A DNA stretch of 64,000 nt from a virus (taxonomy: Duplodnaviria; Caudoviricetes): IMG/VR virus record IMGVR_UViG_3300037991_007827, positions 1 to 64,000 of that record; one strand, 5' to 3'. Below the pieces are notes generated by a model. That model was not told the DNA's origin and did no database searches. It worked only from the letters and a program-made list of their open reading frames with translations. Positions 1 through 10,204 of this stretch are shown one piece after another. The translations under genes and the position numbers were made by a program. Numbering within the stretch: the first letter of the stretch is position 1; every line of letters starts with the position of its first letter.

Positions 1-869
1 TCATCATCCATGTCAACATAATCTGAATCATCTTCTTCATCATAGTCCCCGAAATCTTCATCGTCATCTGATCCATAGATAGGCTTATTAGGCTCGTAGA
101 CAGGTTTATTTAGCTCTTTTCTTGTGTCACTAATATCAGAGATCACCTTGTACTTAGAAACACGCAATTTTTGGAAATCGCAGTCAGTTGGTACAGATAC
201 TGCATCAGCAGGGTCAAATTCTACTAGAAGTAAGCGACCATTCTCTCCTGCCCACTCGTTAGCATAATCGTATGAACCAACATGAAGACCAAAAGAACAA
301 TGATTATCCTTGTTGTCATCTACGCATCTGCGAGCAACTTCGATTGTTGCACCAACCTCATTGAGAATTTGATGACGATCATTGGTTTCACCTTGCAATA
401 CAATTGTATCAGCATTGCCTGTTGTACTCCAATAATCGGATTGTACACCTTTATACCCCAAAACCTTACCTTCGGGAGTATTCGCAAGAGACTTATAACT
501 CATAAAAGAATAGAGTTCATTTACTGAATTTGCACTTGGATTAGCTTGTAAACGAGTGATAAAGTTGGTGAGTGGAGCAGAATCTTTCATTCCTGCACGA
601 AGCATTTCGAGCAATTTATCCACAACAACACCATGCAAACGATGCCCTTTGTAGTAAACAACCTCGTCTTTAACCTCAATGTCACCCTCGACAAAGTTCT
701 CGACTGCCTTAGTAATATCTAGTAAATCACCTAGATCATCATATCTAGCATCAAGAATAGCTTTCTTGGCGAGTTGGAAATTGACATGATCCTTACGCAA
801 TGTATAAGGCTTGCCTTCCCAAAAGATAGTAAGTGAATTTTCAGTTAGTTGATATGGTACTTGGTTCAT
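1..869 (-). CDS. rIIB: rIIB-like protein (runs off the left edge)
   Basis: Manual translation from ATG at 869: MNQVPYQLTENSLTIFWEG...LQANPSANSVNELYSF...GYKGV...VDDNKDNHCSFGLHVGSYDYA...DPADAVSVPTD...KLRVSKYKV, typical rIIB motifs; adjacent to rIIA. Confidence 0.85.
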   Translation of the reverse strand, partial: MNQVPYQLTENSLTIFWEGKPYTLRKDHVNFQLAKKAILDARYDDLGDLLDITKAVENFVEGDIEVKDEVVYYKGHRLHGVVVDKLLEMLRAGMKDSAPLTNFITRLQANPSANSVNELYSFMSYKSLANTPEGKVLGYKGVQSDYWSTTGNADTIVLQGETNDRHQILNEVGATIEVARRCVDDNKDNHCSFGLHVGSYDYANEWAGENGRLLLVEFDPADAVSVPTDCDFQKLRVSKYKVISDISDTRKELNKPVYEPNKPIYGSDDDEDFGDYDEEDDSDYVDMDD

Positions 870-902
870 AATGTTTTCTCCTATATAATTAATAATAAGT
901 TT

Positions 903-931
903 ACTCTAATGTATTTTCTATGTTCTGTCAA
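903..931 (-). promoter_or_regulatory. sigma70-type promoter for rIIB
   Basis: TTGACA-17 bp-TAGAGT with upstream A-tract. Confidence 0.7.
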
Positions 932-964
932 TACTTTTTTTTGAAAAGTTTAGGGAGAGAGAGG

Positions 965-3265
965 TCACACAATCCCCTCTCCCCCTTTCATATCACACAA
1001 GGAAATATATTCTAAGATAGTTTCGTTGGTCACATTCTTGTCATTGTCTTGCTTTAGATTGACCCAATTATTAACAGCACTCGTAACAACTTTAAGTAAA
1101 GGATAATTTTTATCAAGTAATTTAAAGTCTTGCATAACTGATTCGGCATCAACTTTTGTATCCAATACATCATCTAACCATGCTTGATCACCTAGCTTAA
1201 CTACATTGATTGCAACGCTGAATTTACGATCACTTGTAGACTCTTCCATAAGAAGATTCCAATTTTCTGCACAACGAACGAACAAATGATCATCATCGAA
1301 CATAGAAGCATCAAATGTATCATTGGTGAACACTTGACCATAATTCCAACGATATTCAGCAAAATTATTATCGGAAGATTTTTTGAATTGAATTGTCTTG
1401 TATGCTAATTGACATTCTTTCTTGTTGTTGCGAATGATGTTTTTGCAATAGTCAAGATAAAAATCAAAGAATGATACCCATGTACTTTTATCCAATTTCT
1501 TTACATCACTTGTACGAACACCGAATAATTGAAGATTTTTTTCGTCTGAATTATCTTCAGCATTTTTGCGGATACTTCTGCAAATTTTGTAAACTCTGTC
1601 AAGATCATAATCTTCACTATCAACTTTGTAGTTCTTGATTGGAACATAAATGATTTTATTGTTGACAGAACCTTCAACTTCGTCTAGCTCAAGTGAATTG
1701 ATTGGTTCATTGACATTTTGCCAATAATCTGCATTGCGATAAGCGTAGCTAGATTTGTCAAACTTCATCTTGAACAATGGAATAGAAGCACGACTTGTAC
1801 CCGAAACTTTATTGCGAACAATTTTTTCTTTATCTACTTGAGAAGAATATCTGATATGTTTTGAATCGACAAGATCGAATTGCCAATTATCATAAACTTC
1901 TGCTTTGCCACATTCGCTAGTAGGATGAACAACGACAACCCCTTTAAGATCGGGTAAATCATTCATCAAGGTACGAACTCTAAGATTGTTGCCATGAGAT
2001 GAATCAATATCTTGCATCATCACAAGATAATCGTCTTGGCAATAAATGCGATTTGTTTTATCTGCTCTTACCTTGAATCCATTTCGAGAATCTTTATCTT
2101 CAATTTTTTCGTATTGAGTAATAATTAAATCTTCTTGCAATTGATAATCTCTTTGAAATGTAGAATCTGTAATTTTGATGCCATTCCACTCAAAACTATT
2201 CTCAAATATCCCTCTTACTTGATAAGGTAAAGCATTAATAACTTGAGCGTAGTTTTTCTTTGCGTCCCATAAATCTTCACTATCGGCAAGTTTTTCTTTT
2301 GCAATAATTTGAATGTCTTGACTAACTTTGTAAAGAATCGCACAAATTTCTTTTTGAGTTGCTTTATTGTATTCTAGCGACTCACGACTATGATGCAATC
2401 TTACTGAACCAAGAGGCACACGAAAGTAAAAATTACTTTGTTGTAAAAGTTGTCTAACTATTCTGCTAGAATGCTCATGTGAAATAAAATTGTCTACATT
2501 TATCGCATTGTGGTCAATAGGATAAGCGACTCTACCCATAAGAACATGAGAATAGTAATGGTTATATCCATGTCTATTTTCTTCTGCAAAGAACCACTCA
2601 TCAGTTTTACTTGATAAAACTTTTTTAGGAGTTTGTATAAAGTCTTCTTCAACTCCGAGAAATTTTGGCATATCAGAATCAGAAAAGAAACGAAAGAAAT
2701 TTTGCACAACATCTCTAAATTCGTTACGATCTTCTTCAGAGACTGCAACTTCGATACTTAAACCTGTTGGCTCATCGCTTGGTTCTTCAAACAACTTTGT
2801 GATCTTGGTATCGTCATTCTCATCGACAAATACATTGTAAGAAGTTTTTGTTCCGTTATGAAAGGAAACGCAAGTGAAATTATCGCCATAAGAAAGTGGA
2901 GCAAATTTACCGATACCGAAAGCACCAATATAATTGTTAGAGGTACGCTTGGTTGATTTACCATACTTAGAGTAAAGACCGAAAACATCTTCTTGACTAA
3001 GTCCACCCCCGAAATCACGAACTGCAAATGTTGGATTCATTGCAGTTGGCAACTTAATTTCAATTGGACGAGTTACTCCTGCTTCAGCATTGGCATCGAG
3101 TGCATTGGCACTAATCTCACGAACGACTGCAAGACGAGTATTGGAATAATTGTTGCGAAGAAGAGATGCAACATAACGCATATCTTCGGCATCAATTGTG
3201 CAATTGACTTGCTCGAAATCGTGAGAACTAACTACTTCTTTGGATTTGTTTTGTGTGATTATCAT
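965..3265 (-). CDS. rIIA: rIIA-like protein with N-terminal GHKL/HATPase domain
   Basis: YSNTRLAVVREISANALDA, VRDFGGGLS, YGKSTKR..NNYIGAFGIG, SRESLEY motifs; paired with rIIB. Confidence 0.85.
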   Translation of the reverse strand: MIITQNKSKEVVSSHDFEQVNCTIDAEDMRYVASLLRNNYSNTRLAVVREISANALDANAEAGVTRPIEIKLPTAMNPTFAVRDFGGGLSQEDVFGLYSKYGKSTKRTSNNYIGAFGIGKFAPLSYGDNFTCVSFHNGTKTSYNVFVDENDDTKITKLFEEPSDEPTGLSIEVAVSEEDRNEFRDVVQNFFRFFSDSDMPKFLGVEEDFIQTPKKVLSSKTDEWFFAEENRHGYNHYYSHVLMGRVAYPIDHNAINVDNFISHEHSSRIVRQLLQQSNFYFRVPLGSVRLHHSRESLEYNKATQKEICAILYKVSQDIQIIAKEKLADSEDLWDAKKNYAQVINALPYQVRGIFENSFEWNGIKITDSTFQRDYQLQEDLIITQYEKIEDKDSRNGFKVRADKTNRIYCQDDYLVMMQDIDSSHGNNLRVRTLMNDLPDLKGVVVVHPTSECGKAEVYDNWQFDLVDSKHIRYSSQVDKEKIVRNKVSGTSRASIPLFKMKFDKSSYAYRNADYWQNVNEPINSLELDEVEGSVNNKIIYVPIKNYKVDSEDYDLDRVYKICRSIRKNAEDNSDEKNLQLFGVRTSDVKKLDKSTWVSFFDFYLDYCKNIIRNNKKECQLAYKTIQFKKSSDNNFAEYRWNYGQVFTNDTFDASMFDDDHLFVRCAENWNLLMEESTSDRKFSVAINVVKLGDQAWLDDVLDTKVDAESVMQDFKLLDKNYPLLKVVTSAVNNWVNLKQDNDKNVTNETILEYISLCDMKGGEGIV

Positions 3266-3476
3266 TGTTTTTCCTTGTGTGATTAATTAAGTATGATTGC
3301 AGTATGACAGGTTTTTAGATTATGTCAACACTTTTTTTAAGAAAGTTCTTTTGCTACTCTAAGTAACTGATTTAAACATCCTATCTCTAATATGTGCATT
3401 TGTTCTGCTTCTTGTGTGGTGATTGGATAATTATTAATCTCTAAAATTTTTTGTTCAATTAATTTTATTACTTCTT

Positions 3477-3707
3477 TCATCTACTTCCCCCATTTATGTT
3501 TTCTAATCTATTATATTGAGCTTGTCTTTCTCTATCGGCTTTTATTTCAGATTCAATTAATTCATTGATGCGAGTCATGTCTTCTATCTCTACATCATAA
3601 TAAGCCTCAAGTAATTGAGCAATATCTTCTGCACATTCATAAAATGCTTCTACATATCCTTTGTTTTGTTTTGTTTTCATGTCGATTTTTTCTCCTTTTG
3701 TAAACAT
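3477..3707 (-). CDS. small hypothetical early protein
   Basis: ORF in tightly packed minus-strand run; start may be the internal Met at 3680. Confidence 0.6.
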   Translation of the reverse strand: MFTKGEKIDMKTKQNKGYVEAFYECAEDIAQLLEAYYDVEIEDMTRINELIESEIKADRERQAQYNRLENINGGSR

Positions 3708-3728
3708 ATAGTTATTAATATGTCGATA

Positions 3729-3938
3729 CTATAACTCTTTTCTGCCCCATGTGTCAACAACTAAATTCATTTGTTCTGATAAAGTTGCATCTTCATCAAT
3801 TGGTTTAAGATGAATACTAATCTTATCTTCGTAATCAGTATCATCAGTTGGTAAAAAGTGAAGAGTTGACATTTCTCCGTTAACAATAGCTTCAATATCG
3901 CTTGGAGTCAAGCCTATTTCTACATTATATTGTTTCAT
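3729..3938 (-). CDS. small hypothetical early protein
   Basis: ORF track; acidic 69 aa. Confidence 0.6.
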   Translation of the reverse strand: MKQYNVEIGLTPSDIEAIVNGEMSTLHFLPTDDTDYEDKISIHLKPIDEDATLSEQMNLVVDTWGRKEL

Positions 3939-4089
3939 TTAAATAAATTCCTTCGTTAATTAATTCGTCTTCAGTAAATTCCATTGGTTCTTCCCATTCC
4001 TCATCATGTAGGAAATAAGTTCCTGTGAAATTATCGTAATAAAATTTATCTGCAATTGTGCTATCTTCGTATATGTGATTTATGTTCAT
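3925..4089 (-). CDS. 54-aa hypothetical protein (below ORF-track cutoff)
   Basis: MNINHIYEDSTIADKFYYDNFTGTYFLHDEEWEEPMEF...; ATG 6 nt after TTGACA-17-TAAGGT (4096-4124). Confidence 0.6.
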   Translation of the reverse strand: MNINHIYEDSTIADKFYYDNFTGTYFLHDEEWEEPMEFTEDELINEGIYLNETI

Positions 4090-4098
4090 GCTTATACC

Positions 4099-4299
4099 TT
4101 ATCTTATATATGTTGACCTGTCAAGTATTAATTTTAATTGTTCTCTTCTAGCAACGATTTTCTCTGTTAAACTAAAAATTTGCTCATCACTCAACACGCA
4201 ATTCTCTGAACCAATTGGTTGATCAATGTCATATAAAAACTGACTGACAGAAAATTTTAGTTCATTTAAATAATCTAATTCGTTTTGTATTGAGTTCAT
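4099..4299 (-). CDS. small hypothetical early protein
   Basis: ORF track; 4-nt ATGA overlap with upstream gene. Confidence 0.6.
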   Translation of the reverse strand: MNSIQNELDYLNELKFSVSQFLYDIDQPIGSENCVLSDEQIFSLTEKIVARREQLKLILDRSTYIR

Positions 4300-4499
4300 A
4301 TTTGTTCGTATTGGTCAATTAATTTCTCTAACTCGTCTTCAGTATATTCTTTTAATAATTTTATGTCTTTTAATGCTCCATCAATGTAAGTTCCACCCCC
4401 ATTACCATCATTCCATATTTCAATATCTTTGATGTTGGTTTTACATTGATAACCAAGACCCCTTCTTGTTTCAAAATATCTAACGCTTGTTACTTTCAT
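4296..4499 (-). CDS. small hypothetical phage protein
   Basis: YFETRRGLGY...IWNDGNGGGTY; ATGA-coupled. Confidence 0.65.
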   Translation of the reverse strand: MKVTSVRYFETRRGLGYQCKTNIKDIEIWNDGNGGGTYIDGALKDIKLLKEYTEDELEKLIDQYEQI

Positions 4500-4756
4500 C
4501 TTATGTATTCCCTTTCTTGTAAATATTCTTTAAAATTAACTTTAAACTCTTCTAACCAATGTGGATCGACTGCACATTCTGCGAGTATCTCCCAAGGATC
4601 ACCTAAATAATTGTCTAAGTCAACATCATAATAGAATTTTATTTGATCTACTAATGGCATATCTTTTATGTATTCTTCGTATGTTGGTAAATGATCCATG
4701 AGTCCTTGTTCTCTGAATAATTGTTTCATGTGTGATTGTATGTTAATTCGTTTCAT
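4496..4756 (-). CDS. small hypothetical early protein
   Basis: ORF track; promoter TTGACA-17-TAGTTT at 4763-4791. Confidence 0.65.
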   Translation of the reverse strand: MKRINIQSHMKQLFREQGLMDHLPTYEEYIKDMPLVDQIKFYYDVDLDNYLGDPWEILAECAVDPHWLEEFKVNFKEYLQEREYIR

Positions 4757-4865
4757 ATTGCTAAACTAGATTGATTTGCATGATATGTCAAGCATAATTA
4801 TAATTCTTTAATAAAAACTTTGTATTTAAGTCCCGAAATTATCGTTCTGCATCTTTTATCAAGCA

Positions 4866-5099
4866 TTATTGTAATCTACCCCCTGCATCTAATACATTGC
4901 GAAGACAACTTGATTGTCCTGCTCTTGCGGTAACTTTCTTGGCATGAGCAAATGCACTAGGATCATTGAATGTTTGCATGACCATAGTTGATTTGTCGAG
5001 ATAAACATTAAGACCCTTCTTGGGGATCGAGTTTGCTATCTTCTCGGCATTGGCGATTGATTGGTTAATACTTTCTAAGAATGCTTGTGCTGTATTCAT
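4866..5099 (-). CDS. small hypothetical early protein
   Basis: ORF track; promoter TTGACA-17-TAATGT at 5107-5135. Confidence 0.65.
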   Translation of the reverse strand: MNTAQAFLESINQSIANAEKIANSIPKKGLNVYLDKSTMVMQTFNDPSAFAHAKKVTARAGQSSCLRNVLDAGGRLQ

Positions 5100-5137
5100 G
5101 GTTTGTACATTAGATTAGTTTTGATTGTGTGTCAATA

Positions 5138-5398
5138 CTATTTTGAATATTTTTTAATTGCATTATTTTCTAAACTCAATTCTGCTTCAATAAGCTCTGC
5201 AACATTCTCACTAACACATATTTCGTGATCTTTGGATAAAGTATTTAATAATTGAACTAAACTTTTTCCTGTTTTATCTCTGCCTTCATTCCCTGCTATA
5301 AATAAATTATCTTTATTCATTAAAATAAGATCATCTATTTTAAGTAAGATATGATTTACTGCATCTGAACTTCCTCGTAATCCTAATTTTATTTTCAT
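5138..5398 (-). CDS. hypothetical protein
   Basis: ORF track. Confidence 0.55.
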   Translation of the reverse strand: MKIKLGLRGSSDAVNHILLKIDDLILMNKDNLFIAGNEGRDKTGKSLVQLLNTLSKDHEICVSENVAELIEAELSLENNAIKKYSK

Positions 5399-5521
5399 AA
5401 GTTATTTTAAATATTTGCATGGAGAGTATCCATGACTAACTCCGATATAGTAGTAATCGAATTACTTTCTAGTCTTTTTTTGTTGATCAAGCGAGGAAAA
5501 GAGGTGAACCTATCTGTAAAA

Positions 5522-5596
5522 TGGACGCATGGATCAGAATCGAACTGACGAATGGGAGTTTTGCAGACTCCTGCCTTACCACTTGGCTACCATGCG
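5522..5596 (-). tRNA. tRNA-Cys(GCA)
   Basis: Cloverleaf CGCATGG-TA-GCC AAGTGGTAA GGC-A-GGAGT CTGCAAA ACTCC-CATTC-GTCAG TTCGATT CTGAT-CCATGCG-T-CCA; U discriminator, encoded CCA. Confidence 0.95.
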
Positions 5597-5604
5597 AATT
5601 TAAA

Positions 5605-6024
5605 TTAATACCAGCAACTATAAAACACTCGATAACCTTTGTCAAGCATTTTATGTGCTTCTGCAACAAAATTTAAATCTTGTTCTTTATAATAGTATTC
5701 GTTATCGGGATATGGTTTATCATTTTCATCTGTCCAAAAATAAGAATCACTACCCCAAAAGAATCCATTTGATTCGGGCAACTCAAAATTAAGAATATCA
5801 TCTTGAAGAGCATAAAGGTCTGCTCTCGTCAATGGCAATTCAACGCAATTAAAATCACCAAATTCATTACCTTCATCTTTTCGATTTGGGCAACCTTTTG
5901 CTTCCCACAAATCTGACATCCAACCTTGCAAGCGATTATGTTTTCTCCATTCACAAATTGAAACATCTTCGTCACTATTTCTCTTGCGAGGTGGACGAGC
6001 ATAAGCGTACATATCTAATCCCAT
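5605..6024 (-). CDS. conserved phage hypothetical protein
   Basis: MGLDMY...WRKHNRLQGWM...FNCVEL...GFFWG...FYSCWY pattern common in phage proteins. Confidence 0.75.
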   Translation of the reverse strand: MGLDMYAYARPPRKRNSDEDVSICEWRKHNRLQGWMSDLWEAKGCPNRKDEGNEFGDFNCVELPLTRADLYALQDDILNFELPESNGFFWGSDSYFWTDENDKPYPDNEYYYKEQDLNFVAEAHKMLDKGYRVFYSCWY

Positions 6025-6026
6025 AA

Positions 6027-6281
6027 TTATTTCTCCTTATTTACTTTTACTAAAATTTCTTTTTTTGTTTGTTTAGGTGCATGATAACCTAATTGCCTTA
6101 AATTATATGCCATCTTACCCATTTGAACACAAACTCGATAATTGATTTGATGTTTCTTCTCCTCACTCAAATATTTAAAGTTTTTGTATTGTTCTTTTGT
6201 CCATTGGTTGAACGCATCTTCTACAACATCGGGCATAAGTTTTGGATCAACCTTGTCTGCTCTATTCCATATATAAGTCAT
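6027..6281 (-). CDS. hypothetical protein
   Basis: ORF track; coupled. Confidence 0.6.
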   Translation of the reverse strand: MTYIWNRADKVDPKLMPDVVEDAFNQWTKEQYKNFKYLSEEKKHQINYRVCVQMGKMAYNLRQLGYHAPKQTKKEILVKVNKEK

Positions 6282-6505
6282 AAGTATTTAATTTTAAAAC
6301 CAAGATCAGTTAAACATAAAAGATCAACCCTGTCAAGGCTTTTTCTGCGAGTTAATAAATTAATATTTTCAGCATGATGAGATTTAACAACCCACAAACT
6401 ATCTTTTCTATTCTTATATTTTTTTTCTTTAACTACAATTTGTTTGTTGTCTATTGGTCTATCCATGCTTTGTCTAATACATCCTTCTATTATTGAGTAA
6501 TTCAT
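6278..6505 (-). CDS. hypothetical protein
   Basis: ORF track; promoter TTGACA-17-TAGTGT at 6512-6540. Confidence 0.6.
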   Translation of the reverse strand: MNYSIIEGCIRQSMDRPIDNKQIVVKEKKYKNRKDSLWVVKSHHAENINLLTRRKSLDRVDLLCLTDLGFKIKYL

Positions 6506-6775
6506 TCCAACACACTAAACGAAAACTCAAAACCTGTCAACCCTATTCTTCAAAAAGTTTTCTCTTTACTTCATGCAATATATCAATCTCTCGCTCTCCC
6601 TCACGATCTTTAATCATTGAGTCTAATTTTTTTTCCAATAATTTTACTGCATCAATAAACCCTGCATCATAATCGTCCATTACTATTCTATTCATGACTT
6701 GCTAATATTAAAAGAAAAACTGCTACCGCCAAAAGTCCCAAGAGTAACCCTGTTGTTTGTACTATTTCGGGTAAA

Positions 6776-7087
6776 TTAGTCATCTTTAATATTTGTTGGA
6801 TTTAATTGTTTATTTACATTATGTTGCATACGAAGCATGATACCATCTACATACCCAAGATTATTAAAATCTGCTTGTTCAATATTTGCCCCATTTTCCA
6901 TATCATCTAGTATGCACTCACAAGCACTAATAATATTATATAAATAAAATTCTTCTTTACTTATATCTTCTCTATTTGCTTCTTCTTTCATTTGTTTTAA
7001 TCCTGCGTTTTTTAAGTAATCTTTGTATGATTCTAAAGAATTATCACCAACATATAATAATATATTATCGTTACAATAGATTGGCAT
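6776..7087 (-). CDS. hypothetical protein
   Basis: ORF track; 1-nt overlap with upstream gene. Confidence 0.6.
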   Translation of the reverse strand: MPIYCNDNILLYVGDNSLESYKDYLKNAGLKQMKEEANREDISKEEFYLYNIISACECILDDMENGANIEQADFNNLGYVDGIMLRMQHNVNKQLNPTNIKDD

Positions 7088-7704
7088 TATGCTACTAATA
7101 AATCTTCTTCAACTAATTCACCATTCTTTGTAGGAATGACAACATCTACAAGGAAATCTCTGATCATTTCTGTTATTTGAACCAATTCGTGAAATTCGTC
7201 AAAGTCTAAAGCATGAGCGTCACCTTGTCCACCATAAGACATACGATAACCTTCTCGTAATGGTGCAGTTTTACCTGTGCTTTTTCTGACCCAATTTCCT
7301 GTTTGAGGACATTTAACATATTGCCAAGGTTGATGAAAAGAATTTAGATAAACTAATATATCAAGATGACCTTTTACATGACCAACACTATCTTTTCTCT
7401 CTGTCCAATCAATAAAGTCAATGTTAGCAGATGGAAAATCATCTTTAACATCTTTTAATTGAACCATAATTCCTTTGTAATTATCTTTAGTATAATATGT
7501 ATATGGTTGTCCACCAAATTGATTTGTTTGAGTTGCTTTGCAACCTGTTTTCTCGCACATTTTTTGGTCACGATCACCTTTACTCTTCCATGACAAAATA
7601 TGTTCAGAGGGTAAAACCTTCTTTACCAACTGATTGCTTTTGAAGATAACATTTTCGGGTGACCATGTTTTCCAACGAACATTTGTGTTTGTGAAGTAAT
7701 TCAT
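7087..7704 (-). CDS. hypothetical protein
   Basis: 205-aa ORF; leader CACAAGGAAAA also found before rIIA. Confidence 0.7.
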   Translation of the reverse strand: MNYFTNTNVRWKTWSPENVIFKSNQLVKKVLPSEHILSWKSKGDRDQKMCEKTGCKATQTNQFGGQPYTYYTKDNYKGIMVQLKDVKDDFPSANIDFIDWTERKDSVGHVKGHLDILVYLNSFHQPWQYVKCPQTGNWVRKSTGKTAPLREGYRMSYGGQGDAHALDFDEFHELVQITEMIRDFLVDVVIPTKNGELVEEDLLVA

Positions 7705-7742
7705 TTGTTTTCCTTGTGTTTATGATTAATGATTGTACTCTA

Positions 7743-7928
7743 TTAAACTTCTTCTACCATGTCAAGAGAAAAATTTGCAAAATGATGACCATGCTCGTCA
7801 TAGAACGCTTGCACGATCTCAACTGCATTAAGCACATCTTCGCTATTATCACCAAGAGCAGAAGTTTCTGCTTCGTTTAAAACTAATTCTATTGCTTTTT
7901 CCAATTTCATAATATTAATCTTCTTCAC
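7743..7928 (-). CDS. hypothetical protein
   Basis: ORF track; start may be the internal Met. Confidence 0.55.
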   Translation of the reverse strand: MKKINIMKLEKAIELVLNEAETSALGDNSEDVLNAVEIVQAFYDEHGHHFANFSLDMVEEV

Positions 7929-8127
7929 TTGTTGCTACTACCAATAACTTAACAGAATCACCATCACCTGTCAAGCCAAATTCTTCAACGATTTCGCCAA
8001 ACACACTTCCATCTTCGGGATACACACTTAACCAACGGCAATTTTGTTCTTTGCCATCGACTTTTGTTTCGACAACATCCCATTCATATTCAAGCAATCT
8101 AGCTTTTTGATATTTAGTTAATTTCAT
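7915..8127 (-). CDS. hypothetical protein
   Basis: ORF track; promoter TTGACA-17-TAGTGT at 8134-8162. Confidence 0.65.
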   Translation of the reverse strand: MKLTKYQKARLLEYEWDVVETKVDGKEQNCRWLSVYPEDGSVFGEIVEEFGLTGDGDSVKLLVVATSEED

Positions 8128-8320
8128 GATCGAACACTAAACAATAATTTAATCTTTGTCAACCCCAAAAGTGTTGTTGTATTCCTCAATTATATCTATG
8201 TCTGCAACATTATCTAATCCTTCGTATCCTTCCACAAGTAAATTAATAATATCTGCGACATTCATATTCATTGCTTCTCTTTCAGCAAGTTCATAACGCA
8301 TATCATCTACATCCACATTT

Positions 8321-8524
8321 TCACTCATTGTCTTCGCTTTCTAATTGTTCATAAAGTTCATCAATTTTATTTTCCAACTGACGAATATATTTAAGATCAT
8401 GTGGTCTTCTTATTTCCACATATTCTAATTCGATTTCTAAATCTCTAATATTTTTTTGTATATCTATTTGTGCTTCTTGCATTTCTTGTTGTTGTTTATA
8501 TAATTTAAAAGTTTTTTGATTCAT
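8321..8524 (-). CDS. small coiled-coil protein
   Basis: Q/E/L heptad pattern; coupled. Confidence 0.6.
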   Translation of the reverse strand: MNQKTFKLYKQQQEMQEAQIDIQKNIRDLEIELEYVEIRRPHDLKYIRQLENKIDELYEQLESEDNE

Positions 8525-8949
8525 GTTTTTTGAGTGCTTAAAATAGTCTCAACCTCTTCTTCGTATTCGTGGACACACTCCCAATTAACATTAGTACAAT
8601 CATTGAGAATACCACTATGATAAATTTGATGAATCACTCCTCTTGGAGCATCCCACGCAGTAGAAAAAGAATACTCTATCCTTTCGTCTTTGTCAACATC
8701 TAATTGAGGGTCAACTGCGTTCCATTTTGTACCCCAATTTTTGATACTCCAAGCGTACCAATTATTTCCTTTCATCATTTCATCGTGAGCGATACTTCCT
8801 GTCGCTTTGAATTCATCAGAATCTTCGGGCATAGGAACGATTTTGTTAAAATCAAATACTTGCTTTTCAGAAGCAAACAACTCTTTTAATTCTTTAATTT
8901 TTTCCTTTGAACCTTCAAAGGAAACATGATTATCAGTCCAATTTGGCAT
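8521..8949 (-). CDS. DUF1281/YubB-like ferredoxin-fold protein
   Basis: MPNW.N..., FDFNKIVPMP, WYAWSIKNWGTKWNA, FSTAWDAP motifs. Confidence 0.75.
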   Translation of the reverse strand: MPNWTDNHVSFEGSKEKIKELKELFASEKQVFDFNKIVPMPEDSDEFKATGSIAHDEMMKGNNWYAWSIKNWGTKWNAVDPQLDVDKDERIEYSFSTAWDAPRGVIHQIYHSGILNDCTNVNWECVHEYEEEVETILSTQKT

Positions 8950-8967
8950 AATATTTTTTCTTTCTAT

Positions 8968-9231
8968 TTATTGTAAATCGTGCAAGTGATCAGTCCAATC
9001 ATCATGCTTGTTATGAAGTTTATTCCAATCGACTTCATCTGCTTTTATTTTCCATGCAATTTCTCCATTTGTAGGATCAGCATATTCAATATTAAAATCA
9101 CAATCATCAAGAGTCTTGTATGGATCATACTCTCTGACTATTTGCTCTGCTTCATCTCGACTTTCCGCTTCAACATAAAAGCAATTAATTATTTTAACTC
9201 CAACGCAATATTCTCTTTTTTTATTTTTCAT
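8968..9231 (-). CDS. small phage protein (VEAES.xEA motif)
   Basis: FYVEAESRDEAEQ; same motif as 10205 ORF (FEVEADSPEDAQ). Confidence 0.6.
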   Translation of the reverse strand: MKNKKREYCVGVKIINCFYVEAESRDEAEQIVREYDPYKTLDDCDFNIEYADPTNGEIAWKIKADEVDWNKLHNKHDDWTDHLHDLQ

Positions 9232-9412
9232 TTTTTTGTTTGTAATAATTTTGATCTAATAAATCATCTAGTAAATGCACAATGCCCCAACCTAATTCTC
9301 TATCTAGTGGAACAGGTTGATCTTCTCGCTCTTCAGCAGGTTTGAAGTCATGCCACAAAATAGATAGTAAGTGATCTCTCTGTTTTTCTAGCAAAGCATA
9401 ATCAATATTCAT
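9221..9412 (-). CDS. hypothetical protein
   Basis: ORF track; coupled. Confidence 0.55.
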   Translation of the reverse strand: MNIDYALLEKQRDHLLSILWHDFKPAEEREDQPVPLDRELGWGIVHLLDDLLDQNYYKQKNEK

Positions 9413-9828
9413 CGTATTTGTTGCTCCATTTCCATGATTTGATCTTTAGTAAGTTCTACTTTGGCTTTGCTTCCCCAATACAATGGTTCGTCATCATTTA
9501 AATCGCAAGCGATTTCTATATTAGTGATGTTATGCCATGCTTCGTCTGCATAAATAGTACCATCGGCATTGAGACTTGGTCTTTTAAATCTTTTATTGCA
9601 ATTATTTTTAATGTGTCTAGCAATAAGCTCGATGTCATCGGCAATGCAAGACAAGCGATGTCTAAGCTCAAGATTCTCTTTCATTAACCTTTCGACATTT
9701 TGCTTGTTAATCTCATGCTCCACTTCTGTCATGTAAGCATAAGCTGAATCTTTTTCTCTTTCAGCTAAAGTCATGTTTACAGATTCTTCGTAAGTTGGAT
9801 AATCGTCTCCTATAATTTCTTTATTCAT
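9409..9828 (-). CDS. hypothetical protein
   Basis: ORF track; coupled. Confidence 0.65.
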   Translation of the reverse strand: MNKEIIGDDYPTYEESVNMTLAEREKDSAYAYMTEVEHEINKQNVERLMKENLELRHRLSCIADDIELIARHIKNNCNKRFKRPSLNADGTIYADEAWHNITNIEIACDLNDDEPLYWGSKAKVELTKDQIMEMEQQIR

Positions 9829-10055
9829 GGTAATTCGGGTAATGTATATTTACTATCATCATCGATATTATAATGAGATGCAAGAATGTCAACTATTTTT
9901 TGATCTAAATTCATTTCTTCCATAGCATCTCTAAAGCTAACAGGTCTATCTAGCTCGAACTCAAGGTGATTCTTAACAGAACCTACCATCATTGTAATAT
10001 AATTAATAAAAGACTTTTCGTCAGTTATATCTTCGCCTGTGAATTTATTTTTCAT
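9825..10055 (-). CDS. hypothetical protein
   Basis: ORF track; TTGACA-17-TAAGGT promoter upstream. Confidence 0.65.
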   Translation of the reverse strand: MKNKFTGEDITDEKSFINYITMMVGSVKNHLEFELDRPVSFRDAMEEMNLDQKIVDILASHYNIDDDSKYTLPELP

Positions 10056-10204
10056 AATGTTTATACCTTATACGATCTATCTAGTTCTGTCAAGTGTTTT
10101 TTTATTTCTAACTTCGCTCATTAATTCATCCATTTGTTTTTCTGACAAACGAACTTCTTTCTTACGATAAAACCAATTAATTATTGTGCGAATTATTTTC
10201 ATAT

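Noticed and set aside
5400-5521. Second tRNA or ncRNA after tRNA-Cys (hairpins AGTAAT-TCG-ATTACT and CATGG-N7-CCATG)
   Set aside because: No cloverleaf and no second copy to show covariation
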